Position numbers and translations under genes: made by a program. Below the pieces are notes generated by a model. That model did not search any database. It had not been told where the DNA came from and worked only from the letters and a program-made list of their open reading frames with translations. Shown in pieces: positions 38,801 to 48,419 of a stretch of DNA of 64,000 nt (position 1 is its first letter; every line of letters begins with the position of its first letter). The DNA comes from Desulfatiglandales bacterium (GTDB lineage Bacteria; Desulfobacterota; DSM-4660; Desulfatiglandales; Desulfatiglandaceae): positions 1,376,001-1,440,000 of the forward strand of contig OY762721.1 of assembly GCA_963666345.1 (NCBI GenBank). Reading direction: 5' to 3'.

Positions 38801-41137
38801 AAGGATGAGGCCGCCATCTCCCGGGTTCACCACGTTCAATTTCATCGTCTGGACATAGGGATGATGGCAGAGGTAGCGCTCCATCTTATCGGCGATCTGC
38901 CGGGGTGTAACCGTTGATATGATGCCGTTTGCGGTCCCGGCCCCAAGAACCTGCATGGCTGCGTTCACAGCGGTGCGGAGATCCGGAGATTCCGAGTTGG
39001 GGTAGAACCCCCAAAAAAGCCCAAAATTGTCCGTGTTGACATAGGCTTCGGATTTTTTGGGGGAGATTGCGCTTGGGATATTCAGGGATGTCAATTTGTC
39101 CAATACATCTTCTTCTATGCACTGTTTGATTTCAGTGGGATTGAGCCCCTTCATCCGCCCGATCCACCCCCGAACCAATGTCTGATATTGAAAAAGCCAT
39201 AAGACCCGAAGAGGATGCGTCGGGGCTAGCAGGAGTACCTTCATTGGGCTCTCGCTAGGGCCAACCCGCATCAGCATCGTGTCGATTCTGTTCAGAAGAG
39301 AATAATCGTGGAGCAAGGTGTTGATTGCGCTCATTCCTTGGGCCGATTCCACCCGTTCTTTGAGCGCTTCCATCAGCTCCAGATACTTATCGATGTACTC
39401 GATGACCTCTTCCTCGAGTTCGTGGAGATCAACGACCTCAATAACACCCCTGCCATCGGCTTTGTCCCGAACAGAGATGAAAAACTTCTCACGAGCCTGG
39501 TAAAAGGCATCGGTAAGTTGGTTGACAGCGCTGGAAAGCCCTACGGGCTTGAAATCGTCGGCCTTGGCGCTCCTTTGATTGACTAGGTTGGCGTCATAGA
39601 TACCCAGAGTATTGGGATTTTCCAGGATTTTTCTTTCAAGGTCACGCAATACCGGGTTCAGGATAAGGTCGCCCCTGCGGTTGTTTGTCAACCGCACGGC
39701 ATACACGTAATCCCGCTTCAAATCCCATCCTTGGCTCCTGATCCCATACTCCTTGCCGGTTTGGTACATGACGTTGAACGGCAATTCGTCCAGGTGGCGG
39801 ATGCGTTGCCCCCTTTCGGTGGGCTGATCTTCAAAATCCTCCCCCTTTTCAATCCAGAATTGTTCACTTTCATCATTGGCATCCTGGATGGGCATCCCTG
39901 ATTTGGAGAGGCATTGAATGCGGATAGTGGCAACGCATTTTTCATCATCATCTAGGTTGTTGTCCGATATTGACACGGAAAAGGATTTTCGCTTGGCAGG
40001 TACGTATTGAGGCGGAATGACATCCATCTCGCCTTGGTCTTGGGTTTGGCGGACAACTGTCACTAGGTATCTACCCAGGTCAGGTGCCTGTGGAGGGCTT
40101 ACCTTCCAACTGATTCGAATGGGTTTTTTCCCGTCGCTGGTGAGTTCCCCTCCCTTGAGTGTCAAACCGCTAGCCACCTTTTCAGGTTTTTTAGGGTCTT
40201 GAAGCGGTTTCAACTCAATCCGAACACCTGAAATGGGCTGGGCGAACTTCCATTCATCAAAAGAAAGATTGGCCCGAATGCTTTCCTCGTGGCAGATGGG
40301 CGGGAGCCATGTTTTGGTACGAAGCAAGTTCTTGTCCGCCAAATAGGCCATCAACTCCTTGTGCCTTTCTTCATCAGCAAGCTCAGCCTCTACAATTAGG
40401 CGATGCAAATTTTGTCCCAGGCTCTTTTCTCCCTCTGTGAGGATCTCCATGCAAAGGCTGTTACGGGCCAGTTGAACGGAATAGATGTCCTGGTTCAAAC
40501 CAAAATCAGGAACCAGGTCCATCTCATACAGATAGGCCCCCGCTGTTTCCCAGGTTACGGATTGCTGGCTTTGTTCCTTTTGCCCTAAGATGGCCAGAAT
40601 AAAACGCACACGGTTCTGTACCGGCCTTCTTCGGATATCCACGTGGTAGAGAATGGCCTTGAGGATTTCTGCCTCTTGAGAGGGCAGTAGGTTTACCATG
40701 CCAATGAGGTGTCGCTCCAGGCAATTGGCCGCATCAAAGCTCTCTTCGTCATCGGTTTTGAATGTAGCCACATTTAGGGAATCTTCCTCGGCCAAACGCA
40801 GGCCGGAGGGGAACAGGGCACAAAAAACCTTGATGATGTCATAGGTAGAATCCTCGCGCAGTTTCACAGCGCCACTGCCACTAACCTCCCATGGTTCCGG
40901 GGTCTCTGATTTATCGGTTACGACCCTGCAGACGATCTTCTGGTTCTTAAGTTCCTGATCCTCGGAAAGGCTTTTGCCCAGCCCTTCCATAACAGGTCGG
41001 GGAAGAAAATCTAGCCGCTGGCAATGGCCTTGACCCTTTTGCAACAGAAAGGTCTTTAAGGTTTCGTAAAGGGCTTTTACGTATTCCGAATGGAGAATCG
41101 CGTCGTCCAGTTTATAAAGCGAAATTGCCGTCGCCAT
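35804..41137 (-). CDS. DptH/MAD8-like large nuclease-ATPase (PD-(D/E)xK plus HerA/FtsK-type ATPase)
   Basis: 1777 aa; LLAPTHPLR; RTDLMLV...IEVK nuclease-like motif; Pro/Glu-rich linker; GKSGAGKS, CIDEAH, EARKYG, SSQ. Confidence 0.78.
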   Translation of the reverse strand: MATAISLYKLDDAILHSEYVKALYETLKTFLLQKGQGHCQRLDFLPRPVMEGLGKSLSEDQELKNQKIVCRVVTDKSETPEPWEVSGSGAVKLREDSTYDIIKVFCALFPSGLRLAEEDSLNVATFKTDDEESFDAANCLERHLIGMVNLLPSQEAEILKAILYHVDIRRRPVQNRVRFILAILGQKEQSQQSVTWETAGAYLYEMDLVPDFGLNQDIYSVQLARNSLCMEILTEGEKSLGQNLHRLIVEAELADEERHKELMAYLADKNLLRTKTWLPPICHEESIRANLSFDEWKFAQPISGVRIELKPLQDPKKPEKVASGLTLKGGELTSDGKKPIRISWKVSPPQAPDLGRYLVTVVRQTQDQGEMDVIPPQYVPAKRKSFSVSISDNNLDDDEKCVATIRIQCLSKSGMPIQDANDESEQFWIEKGEDFEDQPTERGQRIRHLDELPFNVMYQTGKEYGIRSQGWDLKRDYVYAVRLTNNRRGDLILNPVLRDLERKILENPNTLGIYDANLVNQRSAKADDFKPVGLSSAVNQLTDAFYQAREKFFISVRDKADGRGVIEVVDLHELEEEVIEYIDKYLELMEALKERVESAQGMSAINTLLHDYSLLNRIDTMLMRVGPSESPMKVLLLAPTHPLRVLWLFQYQTLVRGWIGRMKGLNPTEIKQCIEEDVLDKLTSLNIPSAISPKKSEAYVNTDNFGLFWGFYPNSESPDLRTAVNAAMQVLGAGTANGIISTVTPRQIADKMERYLCHHPYVQTMKLNVVNPGDGGLILEAVKLLLAKDLYKNLNFDIKFFAPRGTRHQLIGNALDEFILQKSSEDWTFGRKLSETEELLLSPNENPLFPKLIYAKHAIEELLDDQEGRFESHLTFVIDFFGTTVSTREHTGSRGSSFLNNLLTEYVTDYNAGATTATWSRMIAPNSCADLASDGNTARLFQGQDFAAHFSACFFDWSNSLNKYITVQLELTDEHGKNHLRMLDKVHQASDWVFTIDRNFGIEFYDDPIKGPGAGNSGYLIDYSPEFLDAVAHRLVISTFHQHEIESILRAGFIDLLVDDPDSVGEVIDTAKVAYVLQMLKSVSGKLALKLINNPSQAQEVIGLALTRLSLEREGRLSGRVLIPVDSHIELFYQTPKELENSELSLKRTDLMLVKLNDRRIEVDLIEVKNRKASSPAQIYQLQEEIRDKNKSTEQHFRHHYLGGGNARFDATIKNKEWANILLFYFERAHRYGLFMMDLTEEQQTDLITGFMKGLEAAAAGSCEVQFRHEGYIFNGASWGQIDEKEVHGNIIKIFGRGAISSLLDVPIDEDNGFDEPDEPNGGTEEPSPSAPVPESVEKSEKVSRPESPEGEETPGEEVTGTTDQPPEEQPQVSPVPEPLPDEVIQPVEDTPPTKASSRQKAEQIPEKHDEIKVYLGVDTTSRKEAYWDPKTTKPKRLLNQHLLIVGKSGAGKSETTKSMLFELNRQEVPSIILDFQGEYASEDFHESVKPQIFDVMDGLPINPFEIPVDPRTGKKRRPVEMMFRLADTLNSVFSGSGDIQLGKLREAIKECYVHAGFEMNQPAPDDRNPPTLEMLSEILDRWSKETGGQIRNLQVRLQPLFESGIFEQGRAQYSFEDIFTKTTVILLTAGIKDLMLAASRFLLEKIYSSMLIQGMSKDLRVMVCIDEAHKLCNDPKITDLVKEARKYGMGLILSSQETRDFHPSIFANAGTQIVLALEEADAGVIAKQFTTNKKEQKSVKDIIMCQESGIALIKSMHFQPYSQIKIKSFEDRKPNM

Positions 41138-41140
41138 GAA

Positions 41141-42643
41141 TCAGTATTCCTCTCCCCAGGTTTTCTCAATTACTTCTCTGCCATCATTAATGGCCTTCAT
41201 GAATAGATTATGAGATCTGTTTTCTAATTCCTTTGCTTCTGCTCTTTTATTAAATGCACTGACAACAATATTATGAATTTGCTTACCATTATCTTTTGGC
41301 AATTTAATAGCGATTGATTCAAATTGAAAAGCTCTCAATCTTTTTTGAACTGAGCCATAAGATAATTTTTCCAATTGAATTTGACCGTACGGAGACGAAA
41401 GGAATGCATATAAAAAGCCTGAGTAAATCTTCCTATTATTCGGTATTAACCTCATAACATCCTGAGTCATAATCCAGCCCTCAAAATTTTTATATACGAA
41501 AAGCGTTCTACCAACTGTCCCACCAGAGCTAACCAATACCCATCCTCTTTTAACTCTTTCATTGTCAATATTCTTAGTCTTTGCAATTGAAATATAACTC
41601 AGGTTATTTTGTTGCATTTGGCACAAGCTCTTTCCACCTAGAAGAGGAACTCCATTTTCGTCTTCTTCAACATAAACTCTTTTTCTAAGGTTAGAGTCAA
41701 AAACATCTTCCAGTAGAAGGCCTAATTTTGCCCCCTCCTTTTGACGCAGAAGGTAATCCTGCAAGGCGCTTGATATGGGCTCATGGAAATTTGTGTCAAC
41801 CCTCAATTCGCCAAAATTTTCAACACTGCCAATCCTATTTCCAAAATTGACTGAAAATATCTCAGCATCAGTTTCTGCCTTTTCATCATAAGAAGACTTA
41901 AATCCTTCAATATCTGGTAAATTAAGTTGGGCTTGGACCTCCTGCTCCGCGTCATCCAAAAGTCGGTTGGCCTCCACGCGCAGATCACTGGTTTTTTTTA
42001 CCAAGCGGGTTAGCTCTTCACGAAGCCGAAGAGGGAGCTTTGGAATGGGAAGCGGACCGACATCCTGTTCATAAATATGCGAAACTACTGATCCAGATTG
42101 GCTTCTTTTCAATAAAAATTGTCCTGGAGGGCTTTGAAAAAGACAGTATAATGTCCCTATCTGGTCAGTAAATTTGGCCCTAACTCTGAGAGCATCAACT
42201 GTGACTGCCCAGTTATCCATCCTTTCATCAACTATTCTTATATTACCAACACTCCCTGACATGGAAATTAAAATCATGTCTTTTTTTACAATAAAAAAAT
42301 CGACATTTTTTGTTCGTGATTTTGATAAATAAAGATTGGGCGTAGGCCTAATCTCCATCATACCGGAGGTATTCAGATAGGGTATTCCCAGTTCTGGATC
42401 TTTTACAAAAACCCTTGTTTGAACGCCATACCATTTAACATCTGCAAAATCATTTATTGTCTTTATCTGAAATCCTGACTGTCGCATTGCCTGCACTGAG
42501 CGGTATCCCTCAGATGCGTAAAATCCCGCCTCCATACGGTGCGGAGGAGAGTAAATCGCTCCACTGTTCAACGCATAGGTTTCGGCCCGGCATCGATTCC
42601 GGACAGACTCATGCGGCCAGTACATCGCTGGTTCAGCTCCCAT
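41141..42643 (-). CDS. HsdS-like specificity subunit (MAD5-like, two TRDs)
   Basis: Repeated ILISMSGSVG / VLVSSGGTVG, YAFLSSPYGQIQL..LSYGSVQ; start at MGAEP overlapping the MTase stop. Confidence 0.82.
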   Translation of the reverse strand: MGAEPAMYWPHESVRNRCRAETYALNSGAIYSPPHRMEAGFYASEGYRSVQAMRQSGFQIKTINDFADVKWYGVQTRVFVKDPELGIPYLNTSGMMEIRPTPNLYLSKSRTKNVDFFIVKKDMILISMSGSVGNIRIVDERMDNWAVTVDALRVRAKFTDQIGTLYCLFQSPPGQFLLKRSQSGSVVSHIYEQDVGPLPIPKLPLRLREELTRLVKKTSDLRVEANRLLDDAEQEVQAQLNLPDIEGFKSSYDEKAETDAEIFSVNFGNRIGSVENFGELRVDTNFHEPISSALQDYLLRQKEGAKLGLLLEDVFDSNLRKRVYVEEDENGVPLLGGKSLCQMQQNNLSYISIAKTKNIDNERVKRGWVLVSSGGTVGRTLFVYKNFEGWIMTQDVMRLIPNNRKIYSGFLYAFLSSPYGQIQLEKLSYGSVQKRLRAFQFESIAIKLPKDNGKQIHNIVVSAFNKRAEAKELENRSHNLFMKAINDGREVIEKTWGEEY

Positions 42644-44792
42644 TAGCCCCTCCATTTTTAAGAAAGTCATGGTAGGCCTTGGCGACAAACGGCAGGTCAT
42701 CATCCACCATGCGGCCGTATTCATCCACTTCCGGCAGGAATTCATATACGCCGGTGTTCTTACATTGTTCATGGAGGTCCTTGCCTTCAAAGCTGCGGAA
42801 GTGGTTCAGTTCAGTGCCGTCGGCATCGCGCTTGAATACCTGGTTACCCCGCCTGTCCTTACCCACCTTTTTGGCGATAGCCATGAAGATTTTATAGTCA
42901 AGGGGCTTTCCGGCAAAACTTTCCTGGTTCAGTTCCTCCGTGGATTTGCGCCGCAAAAAGACCAGATGAGTCTGGATGCCCACCTTGGGGAGGAAAAGCT
43001 CCACCGGCATGCCGACCAGCGCGAGGACCTGACAATGGCGCAGAATCCATGCCCGGATGTATTCATCATCTGGATTTCCCAGTATGCCGTTGGGAAGAAC
43101 GATGCAGCACTTGCCCTTGCCGGGTTTCAAGAGGCGCACCACCCGCTCAATGAAAAGGATTTCCGGGGCTACCCCTTTCTGCATAACACCGGTCTTTTTC
43201 CAAAGCCTTCGTTCCTTGTCGTATTTCCATTTGAAACCCAGATCGTAGCGCCCCAGGATTTCTTCGGAGTCGATCTTAATTTTGGTTCCAAATGGGGGAT
43301 TGGTGGCGATGATGTCAAAGGCCCCCTCCTGGATCTCGGCCTTGAAGTGCTGCTCCACAGGAACTTCTTCAACAGTGACGCCGTCCTGTTCCCACCGTTT
43401 CATTGTGCCCTTTGGAAATTCCCATCGGTCCTGGTCCACTTCCAGTCCATTCAAATGGGTGACGCCGCCCTGGCCGTCGTTGTTCATGACCATGTTCATG
43501 CGGGCAACGCGGACAAGGTTTGGATTGACGTCCAGACCATAGATTTCCTGAGACACAAGTCTCAGGCGACGGATGAACTCCTCTTCCAGACTTTCGTCGC
43601 TCAAGCCTTGGCTTTGCAGGTCCAGCCGAATCTGTTCTGCTATGTAGTTTAGGATGACCACGACGAATCCGCCGGTGCCGCAAGCAGGGTCTATGCATTT
43701 GTCACCAGGCTTGGGGTCCAGCATACGGATGCCCATCTTCACAGCGTTTCGTGGAGTAAAAAATTCCCCACGTGTGCCTTCCAGGTTTTTTCCCACGATT
43801 GCTTCGTAGGCTTCTCCTTTGACATCCACGGAGGAATTCAGAAAATCGTAATGGGCGAGCTGGGCCACCACATAAACGATAATTCTGGGAGAAAGGTCTA
43901 TAGTATCTGCCTGGAAACCGAAAAGCTCTGGATAGCGGGAGCGCACCCGGTCATAGAGTTCATCCACTCGGGCCTTGACGGCCTGGGCTTTGGCGGGGTC
44001 GTTGCGCTCTTCCAGGCTGACGATCTTGAACAGGCCTTCCGCTTCGGGCGTGCCCGGTTCCGCTGCCTGCATCTGGCGTTCATCCTCGATCTTGGCAAAA
44101 ACGATCTTGAGAAACTCCCAGAAAACAGCTTCATTGGAGCCCCCACGCATCGCATAAATATAGTCATGGCAACGGCGAAAGGCTTGGCGCAAGGAACCGG
44201 AGACCGCTTTGCGGAGCTTCTTTCTGCCCGGTGCAAAGCTGTCTTCCAGGTCCTTGCCGAAACGCGGGATATCATTGATGAGAAGGGTCCGGGTTTTTAT
44301 GGCATCCGTCTTTTTCCAATAGACGATTCGCTCGGTGCCGTTGGTCCAGACGGCGTATTCCGCGGCCGGCGTATCCCGCAGGAATTCAGCCAGGCACCCG
44401 GCCCCTTTTTTGGAATCGTCGGGCTTGGTTTTGGAAGGGAGAATGTCTATCAGAATATACAGGCGTTCCTGGATGTTTTTGGAACCCTTGTTCCCATTCA
44501 AAACCAACAGAGAAAAATTTTTCGCTTTCAACTGGCGAGGTTTGACGCGGATATTCCGGCGTATGAGGTCCTTGTAGTCGGCATCCTCATATCCGAACTC
44601 CTCCAGGAGTTTCCGTTCCTCCTCTTGCCGATGGGATTCCTTTTCGTTGAGCTTGACAGCCTCTCCAGTGATGAGATCGGCAACCATCCCGTCGCTGATC
44701 TCATCATCCGAATCCTGCTCAAGCACCTCGGGTTCTTCGTTTACATTTTTTTCTTTAGCCTTGGGAGGCCGTCCTCTTTTTTTAGCGACCAT
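42633..44792 (-). CDS. N6-adenine DNA methyltransferase (HsdM/MAD2-like) with N-terminal HsdR_N-like domain
   Basis: GEFFTPR, DPACGTGGF (motif I), NPPF (motif IV), AVWTNG; N-terminal KRGRPPK. Confidence 0.92.
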   Translation of the reverse strand: MVAKKRGRPPKAKEKNVNEEPEVLEQDSDDEISDGMVADLITGEAVKLNEKESHRQEEERKLLEEFGYEDADYKDLIRRNIRVKPRQLKAKNFSLLVLNGNKGSKNIQERLYILIDILPSKTKPDDSKKGAGCLAEFLRDTPAAEYAVWTNGTERIVYWKKTDAIKTRTLLINDIPRFGKDLEDSFAPGRKKLRKAVSGSLRQAFRRCHDYIYAMRGGSNEAVFWEFLKIVFAKIEDERQMQAAEPGTPEAEGLFKIVSLEERNDPAKAQAVKARVDELYDRVRSRYPELFGFQADTIDLSPRIIVYVVAQLAHYDFLNSSVDVKGEAYEAIVGKNLEGTRGEFFTPRNAVKMGIRMLDPKPGDKCIDPACGTGGFVVVILNYIAEQIRLDLQSQGLSDESLEEEFIRRLRLVSQEIYGLDVNPNLVRVARMNMVMNNDGQGGVTHLNGLEVDQDRWEFPKGTMKRWEQDGVTVEEVPVEQHFKAEIQEGAFDIIATNPPFGTKIKIDSEEILGRYDLGFKWKYDKERRLWKKTGVMQKGVAPEILFIERVVRLLKPGKGKCCIVLPNGILGNPDDEYIRAWILRHCQVLALVGMPVELFLPKVGIQTHLVFLRRKSTEELNQESFAGKPLDYKIFMAIAKKVGKDRRGNQVFKRDADGTELNHFRSFEGKDLHEQCKNTGVYEFLPEVDEYGRMVDDDLPFVAKAYHDFLKNGGANGS

Positions 44793-44802
44793 ATATCCTC
44801 GT

Positions 44803-46563
44803 TCACGCAGCCTGACTCGGCGTGGTTATTTCTCCCTCATAGATTATGAAGCGGGGTGCAATGACCTGAGAGTTGGAGGCGTCGGCCAGATCGGTGAAAA
44901 AACCGAGTTGGCGAAGCCTTGTTTTGAGAGCATCAAAATTATCTGCCATACCGCGGTTTACCTGCTCCTGTTCAGGCCGATCCTGTGATAGGCTCAGGCG
45001 GTCAATGAGCAGTCCGTATCTGGCTGCGAGCCAGTCCACAAACTGGCGGATGGGAATGGGCCTAGTCTGAAATTTGCCATCGTTTTTTCTTTGCTCCAGG
45101 ACCGCTAACTGAATCAGGACCTCCATCAATTCGTTTCCCAATACAAAGCGGCGCTTGACACGGCCTTTGCCGGCCAAAAAGCCATATTCCTGGTCTATGC
45201 CGCAAAGCCCCGCGATGAGCTTACGATGTTGCTCCCGCAGGGTGCCATACTGGAAATGAACTAAAATTTCCACGAACGTCTCCAGCTTATTGAGATTTCT
45301 TTTTTGGCAGACATCAATGATGCGTTGCACCTCTTGGTTTATCTCGCCGGTTTCGGGGTCCCTACAACTTTCAATGACCTGCTGGATGTCCCGGTTGAAA
45401 TATCCATTAATATCGGAGTGATCTCGAAAGCCCTGCAACAAAAGGGTGGCGAACCGCTTTCCACTTTGATTCCTCTGTTCCTGAGTCAGATAGGATTCCG
45501 CAAACTCCTCTAGTTTTTTAAAAAAATAAGCAGAGCGGAAATAGGCTTCCAATTCCTTAAAAAACTCCATGTAACATCGTTCGCTAAGGCTTTTCACCAC
45601 CGGATCATTGCCGTTGGTCATGTCACAGAACAGGTCTAGATCAAAAGGGGCGTGTGTCCGAGCTTCCCCCACGGAAGGCACATCGCCGCGAGAAGACGGG
45701 AATTTGACGTTGGCGACAAGGTAGTTCGTGATTTTCACCACCTGGAAAACGTAAAGTGCCGTGTGAAAGACCATCAATGTGGTCATATAATTGATCAATT
45801 CGCGCCTTGGGATAAAGTTTTTATAAAGAAAAAGGAGCTTGAGATCCTGTCGTAAGAGGTCAATCTGCTCAGGGCACAGAAAAGAAAAGATTGGGACCGA
45901 ATCTTCTCGTCTGCTGCTAAATTTATCCACATCAAAGGGCTCGGTGAGGCGAAGTAAAAACAATAGTTCCACATCCAGGCGTTTGGCCTGCGCCAGATCC
46001 TTTAGTTTGTTTTCATCGATTCTCAAATCTGTATCCCCGTGAAACTTGACCCCCATTCCGAAAAATTCCCGCAAAAGTGAATCCGGGTTGCTGTAGAGAA
46101 TGGGATCTTCCTGGAGCACGTTGAACAGAAAATCGCTCAAGTAGCGATCCTGGCGTTTTACACGGGGGTTGAACAGCTTGATGACGGAAAAATGAAGGGG
46201 CCTTAGGCCGGACATGCGATATTGCCCGCCCTTGGCTTTACCTTTGCGAGCCATGAGCGCAAAGTGTGATTCCACCCATGATGTCACGAGATTCCTGCGC
46301 TCTTCATTATCCATGCCTCGGAGCGTGCTGGGATTTAATGAAAGCACCGCATCCACAACGGCTTTTGGGGTTTCGGCATCCGTTGAGTCACTGGTGAAAA
46401 CCGTTTTGTCGGTGCGTATGATTTGCCTACCGTTAGTTCGAAGATAGACAAAAAGGCGGCTTATAGCTTCTTCAATATCGATATTGTTGGCGTCCAAAGG
46501 CAAAATTTTGTTCGTCTTGAAAAGTTTCTGCTGCCTCGTCAGGAGGTTTTTTGGGTTCGGCAT
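44803..46563 (-). CDS. DptG/MAD7-like defence protein
   Basis: C-terminal FVDWLAARYGLLID...LRQLGFFTDLADAS; positioned between F-like and H-like genes. Confidence 0.62.
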   Translation of the reverse strand: MPNPKNLLTRQQKLFKTNKILPLDANNIDIEEAISRLFVYLRTNGRQIIRTDKTVFTSDSTDAETPKAVVDAVLSLNPSTLRGMDNEERRNLVTSWVESHFALMARKGKAKGGQYRMSGLRPLHFSVIKLFNPRVKRQDRYLSDFLFNVLQEDPILYSNPDSLLREFFGMGVKFHGDTDLRIDENKLKDLAQAKRLDVELLFLLRLTEPFDVDKFSSRREDSVPIFSFLCPEQIDLLRQDLKLLFLYKNFIPRRELINYMTTLMVFHTALYVFQVVKITNYLVANVKFPSSRGDVPSVGEARTHAPFDLDLFCDMTNGNDPVVKSLSERCYMEFFKELEAYFRSAYFFKKLEEFAESYLTQEQRNQSGKRFATLLLQGFRDHSDINGYFNRDIQQVIESCRDPETGEINQEVQRIIDVCQKRNLNKLETFVEILVHFQYGTLREQHRKLIAGLCGIDQEYGFLAGKGRVKRRFVLGNELMEVLIQLAVLEQRKNDGKFQTRPIPIRQFVDWLAARYGLLIDRLSLSQDRPEQEQVNRGMADNFDALKTRLRQLGFFTDLADASNSQVIAPRFIIYEGEITTPSQAA

Positions 46564-46574
46564 TGAACTCTCCT

Positions 46575-48419
46575 CTATAGGGCCGTGAGCGTGACGCCGT
46601 TTTGTGGTGTCCGTTTCAGCTTGTAAACCTGGTAATCCGTTTCCGTCAGAAGAAGCTCTTCTGACGGAATGGACATGAGCTGCTTTTTGAACATGAGGAG
46701 GTTGAGAAAAAAGGTCCGCATCTCGCCCGCTGTGGGCAAATAGCCCTCCCGGATGCGCATGAGCATTTCATAAAGGTCCAGGGATATCTCGAGGTCAATA
46801 GTTCGAGGGTCATGGCGGAACAGAATGCTGGAGGGAAGGTATTCAATATAGGCCGCTTGTCTTCCCGCCGGTGTTAGTTGGAGGCTGAAATCCGTTGCCG
46901 GATAGGTGAAAAAGCCCTTTACTCGGGCTCGCAGGTCCTGCCGTGTGCGAATGCAAACATTTTCTCTGCCTCGCTGGAGATCGTAAATGCCTTCTGATCG
47001 GCTGATTCCTTCGATAATCTTTTCTTTCAGTTCATCATCCTCATCTTGTCCTGTGGCTATAAAGCTTAAGAATTCCGGAATATTGTCATAGGGCAGCAAC
47101 TCTTCCCAAAGAATGTTCTCCGATCCGGTCAAGGCCTCTCGATTGCCTTCAAAAAAAAGCTTACGCCGCAGGGTGACCACATAACGCCGGGCTGCGTTTA
47201 AGGCATCTTGAGTTCTCTCTTCCGGACTCATAGGGCGCTGGTTATACAGACGGAGAAGACCCTCCTCGTCTATACGGGTGCGCCCCAAATGGGTGATCCG
47301 GTCATTGGTGTATTCCAAAAACAACTTTCTGCATTCCAGGTTTGTGGGGCGTGTGAAGCTCAAACGTGAATCTATATTGGGCGTGCTGGCCTTACCCACG
47401 TCAAATTCTCGAATGTACTCTAAAATGCGGTCTTTTTCATAATCGCTGAAAATCGCATTGTAATAATAACGATCCGTAAAATCTGCGACTCCTGACTGGA
47501 TCTCCTGTTTGATCTGTGCGCAGGTCTTTTTACCAAAGATGGCAAAAGCCAAAATAGAGCGCAGATCGCGAACGGTAACATGGATCCGTTTCCGGAAATG
47601 GAGAATTTGAAAGATCGCCTTCAAGCGAGCCCTCGCCTTGCGCGCGGCCTCGTTTCTTTCGGTTGTGGCTTCGGAATCACGACCGGAAAGCCCATCATTG
47701 GGAAAATAGCGAAAAGTGTCGACATTAAACTTTACGGGACACTTTGCGCGCGCAACGCAGGAATCACAATCCGCCCAGAATTCATTAGCAACGTAACGGT
47801 CTAAAATATTGTCAAAAAGGCACTCGCCGAGATTACTTGTGGCATCTACGACAGATCGAAGATTCAAGTTGACGACTACGATATCTTCTGAAAGAGGTCC
47901 ACCTTTTAAGAGATGGTCGAGCAAAGTAGCGCTTAACCAAGGATGTTCTGTGCTGTTTGAGAGGAAATCCCGGAGTTTTCCTTCATTCATGGCAATGATA
48001 AGACGCTCACCAACTTCACATGGTGATTGGCCTTCAAACGGCTTAAAAAAATCAGAAAGCATTTCTAGATTGGTTTTCCCTTGGGCTTCAACGGAACCAT
48101 CATACAGCGTTCGGAATGTTTTCCCGGACACCTCAAAGGTTGAGCCAATCGAGTCTATCCTATTTATGGTTGCCCCTTGCCTTTTAGCTAACTTTTCCAA
48201 CATCTGGATAAAGGCCGTTTTTCCATCTCCAGCATTTCCGGTTAGTATGACAAGGCGGAAGCGACCTAGAAGGATCGCCGGGGCCAAATCCGTATCCAGT
48301 CTGGTCTGCACATAGGTTTTACGAGCCAACTCGGTTTCAAGTCCACGAGTCAACCCATTCCCCGCGTCAGACTGGCTGTAAAACATCAAAAAGCCGTCAA
48401 GATATCTGTTGTAGCCCAT
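46575..48419 (-). CDS. DptF/MAD6-C-terminal-like P-loop ATPase (no kinase domain)
   Basis: YSQS...TRGL, TYVQT.LD, ILTGNAGDGKT Walker A, IAMNEGKL, CDSC...CP..FN, TVRDL. Confidence 0.72.
   Translation of the reverse strand: MGYNRYLDGFLMFYSQSDAGNGLTRGLETELARKTYVQTRLDTDLAPAILLGRFRLVILTGNAGDGKTAFIQMLEKLAKRQGATINRIDSIGSTFEVSGKTFRTLYDGSVEAQGKTNLEMLSDFFKPFEGQSPCEVGERLIIAMNEGKLRDFLSNSTEHPWLSATLLDHLLKGGPLSEDIVVVNLNLRSVVDATSNLGECLFDNILDRYVANEFWADCDSCVARAKCPVKFNVDTFRYFPNDGLSGRDSEATTERNEAARKARARLKAIFQILHFRKRIHVTVRDLRSILAFAIFGKKTCAQIKQEIQSGVADFTDRYYYNAIFSDYEKDRILEYIREFDVGKASTPNIDSRLSFTRPTNLECRKLFLEYTNDRITHLGRTRIDEEGLLRLYNQRPMSPEERTQDALNAARRYVVTLRRKLFFEGNREALTGSENILWEELLPYDNIPEFLSFIATGQDEDDELKEKIIEGISRSEGIYDLQRGRENVCIRTRQDLRARVKGFFTYPATDFSLQLTPAGRQAAYIEYLPSSILFRHDPRTIDLEISLDLYEMLMRIREGYLPTAGEMRTFFLNLLMFKKQLMSIPSEELLLTETDYQVYKLKRTPQNGVTLTAL

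Noticed and set aside
42669..44849. Long plus-strand ORFs (327 and 332 aa); likewise 31879-32817
   Set aside because: Antisense shadows of well-supported genes, with no motifs
35804..48419. Canonical Dnd phosphorothioate system or classical Type I R-M
   Set aside because: No dndABCDE-like genes and no HsdR DEAD-box translocase in the window
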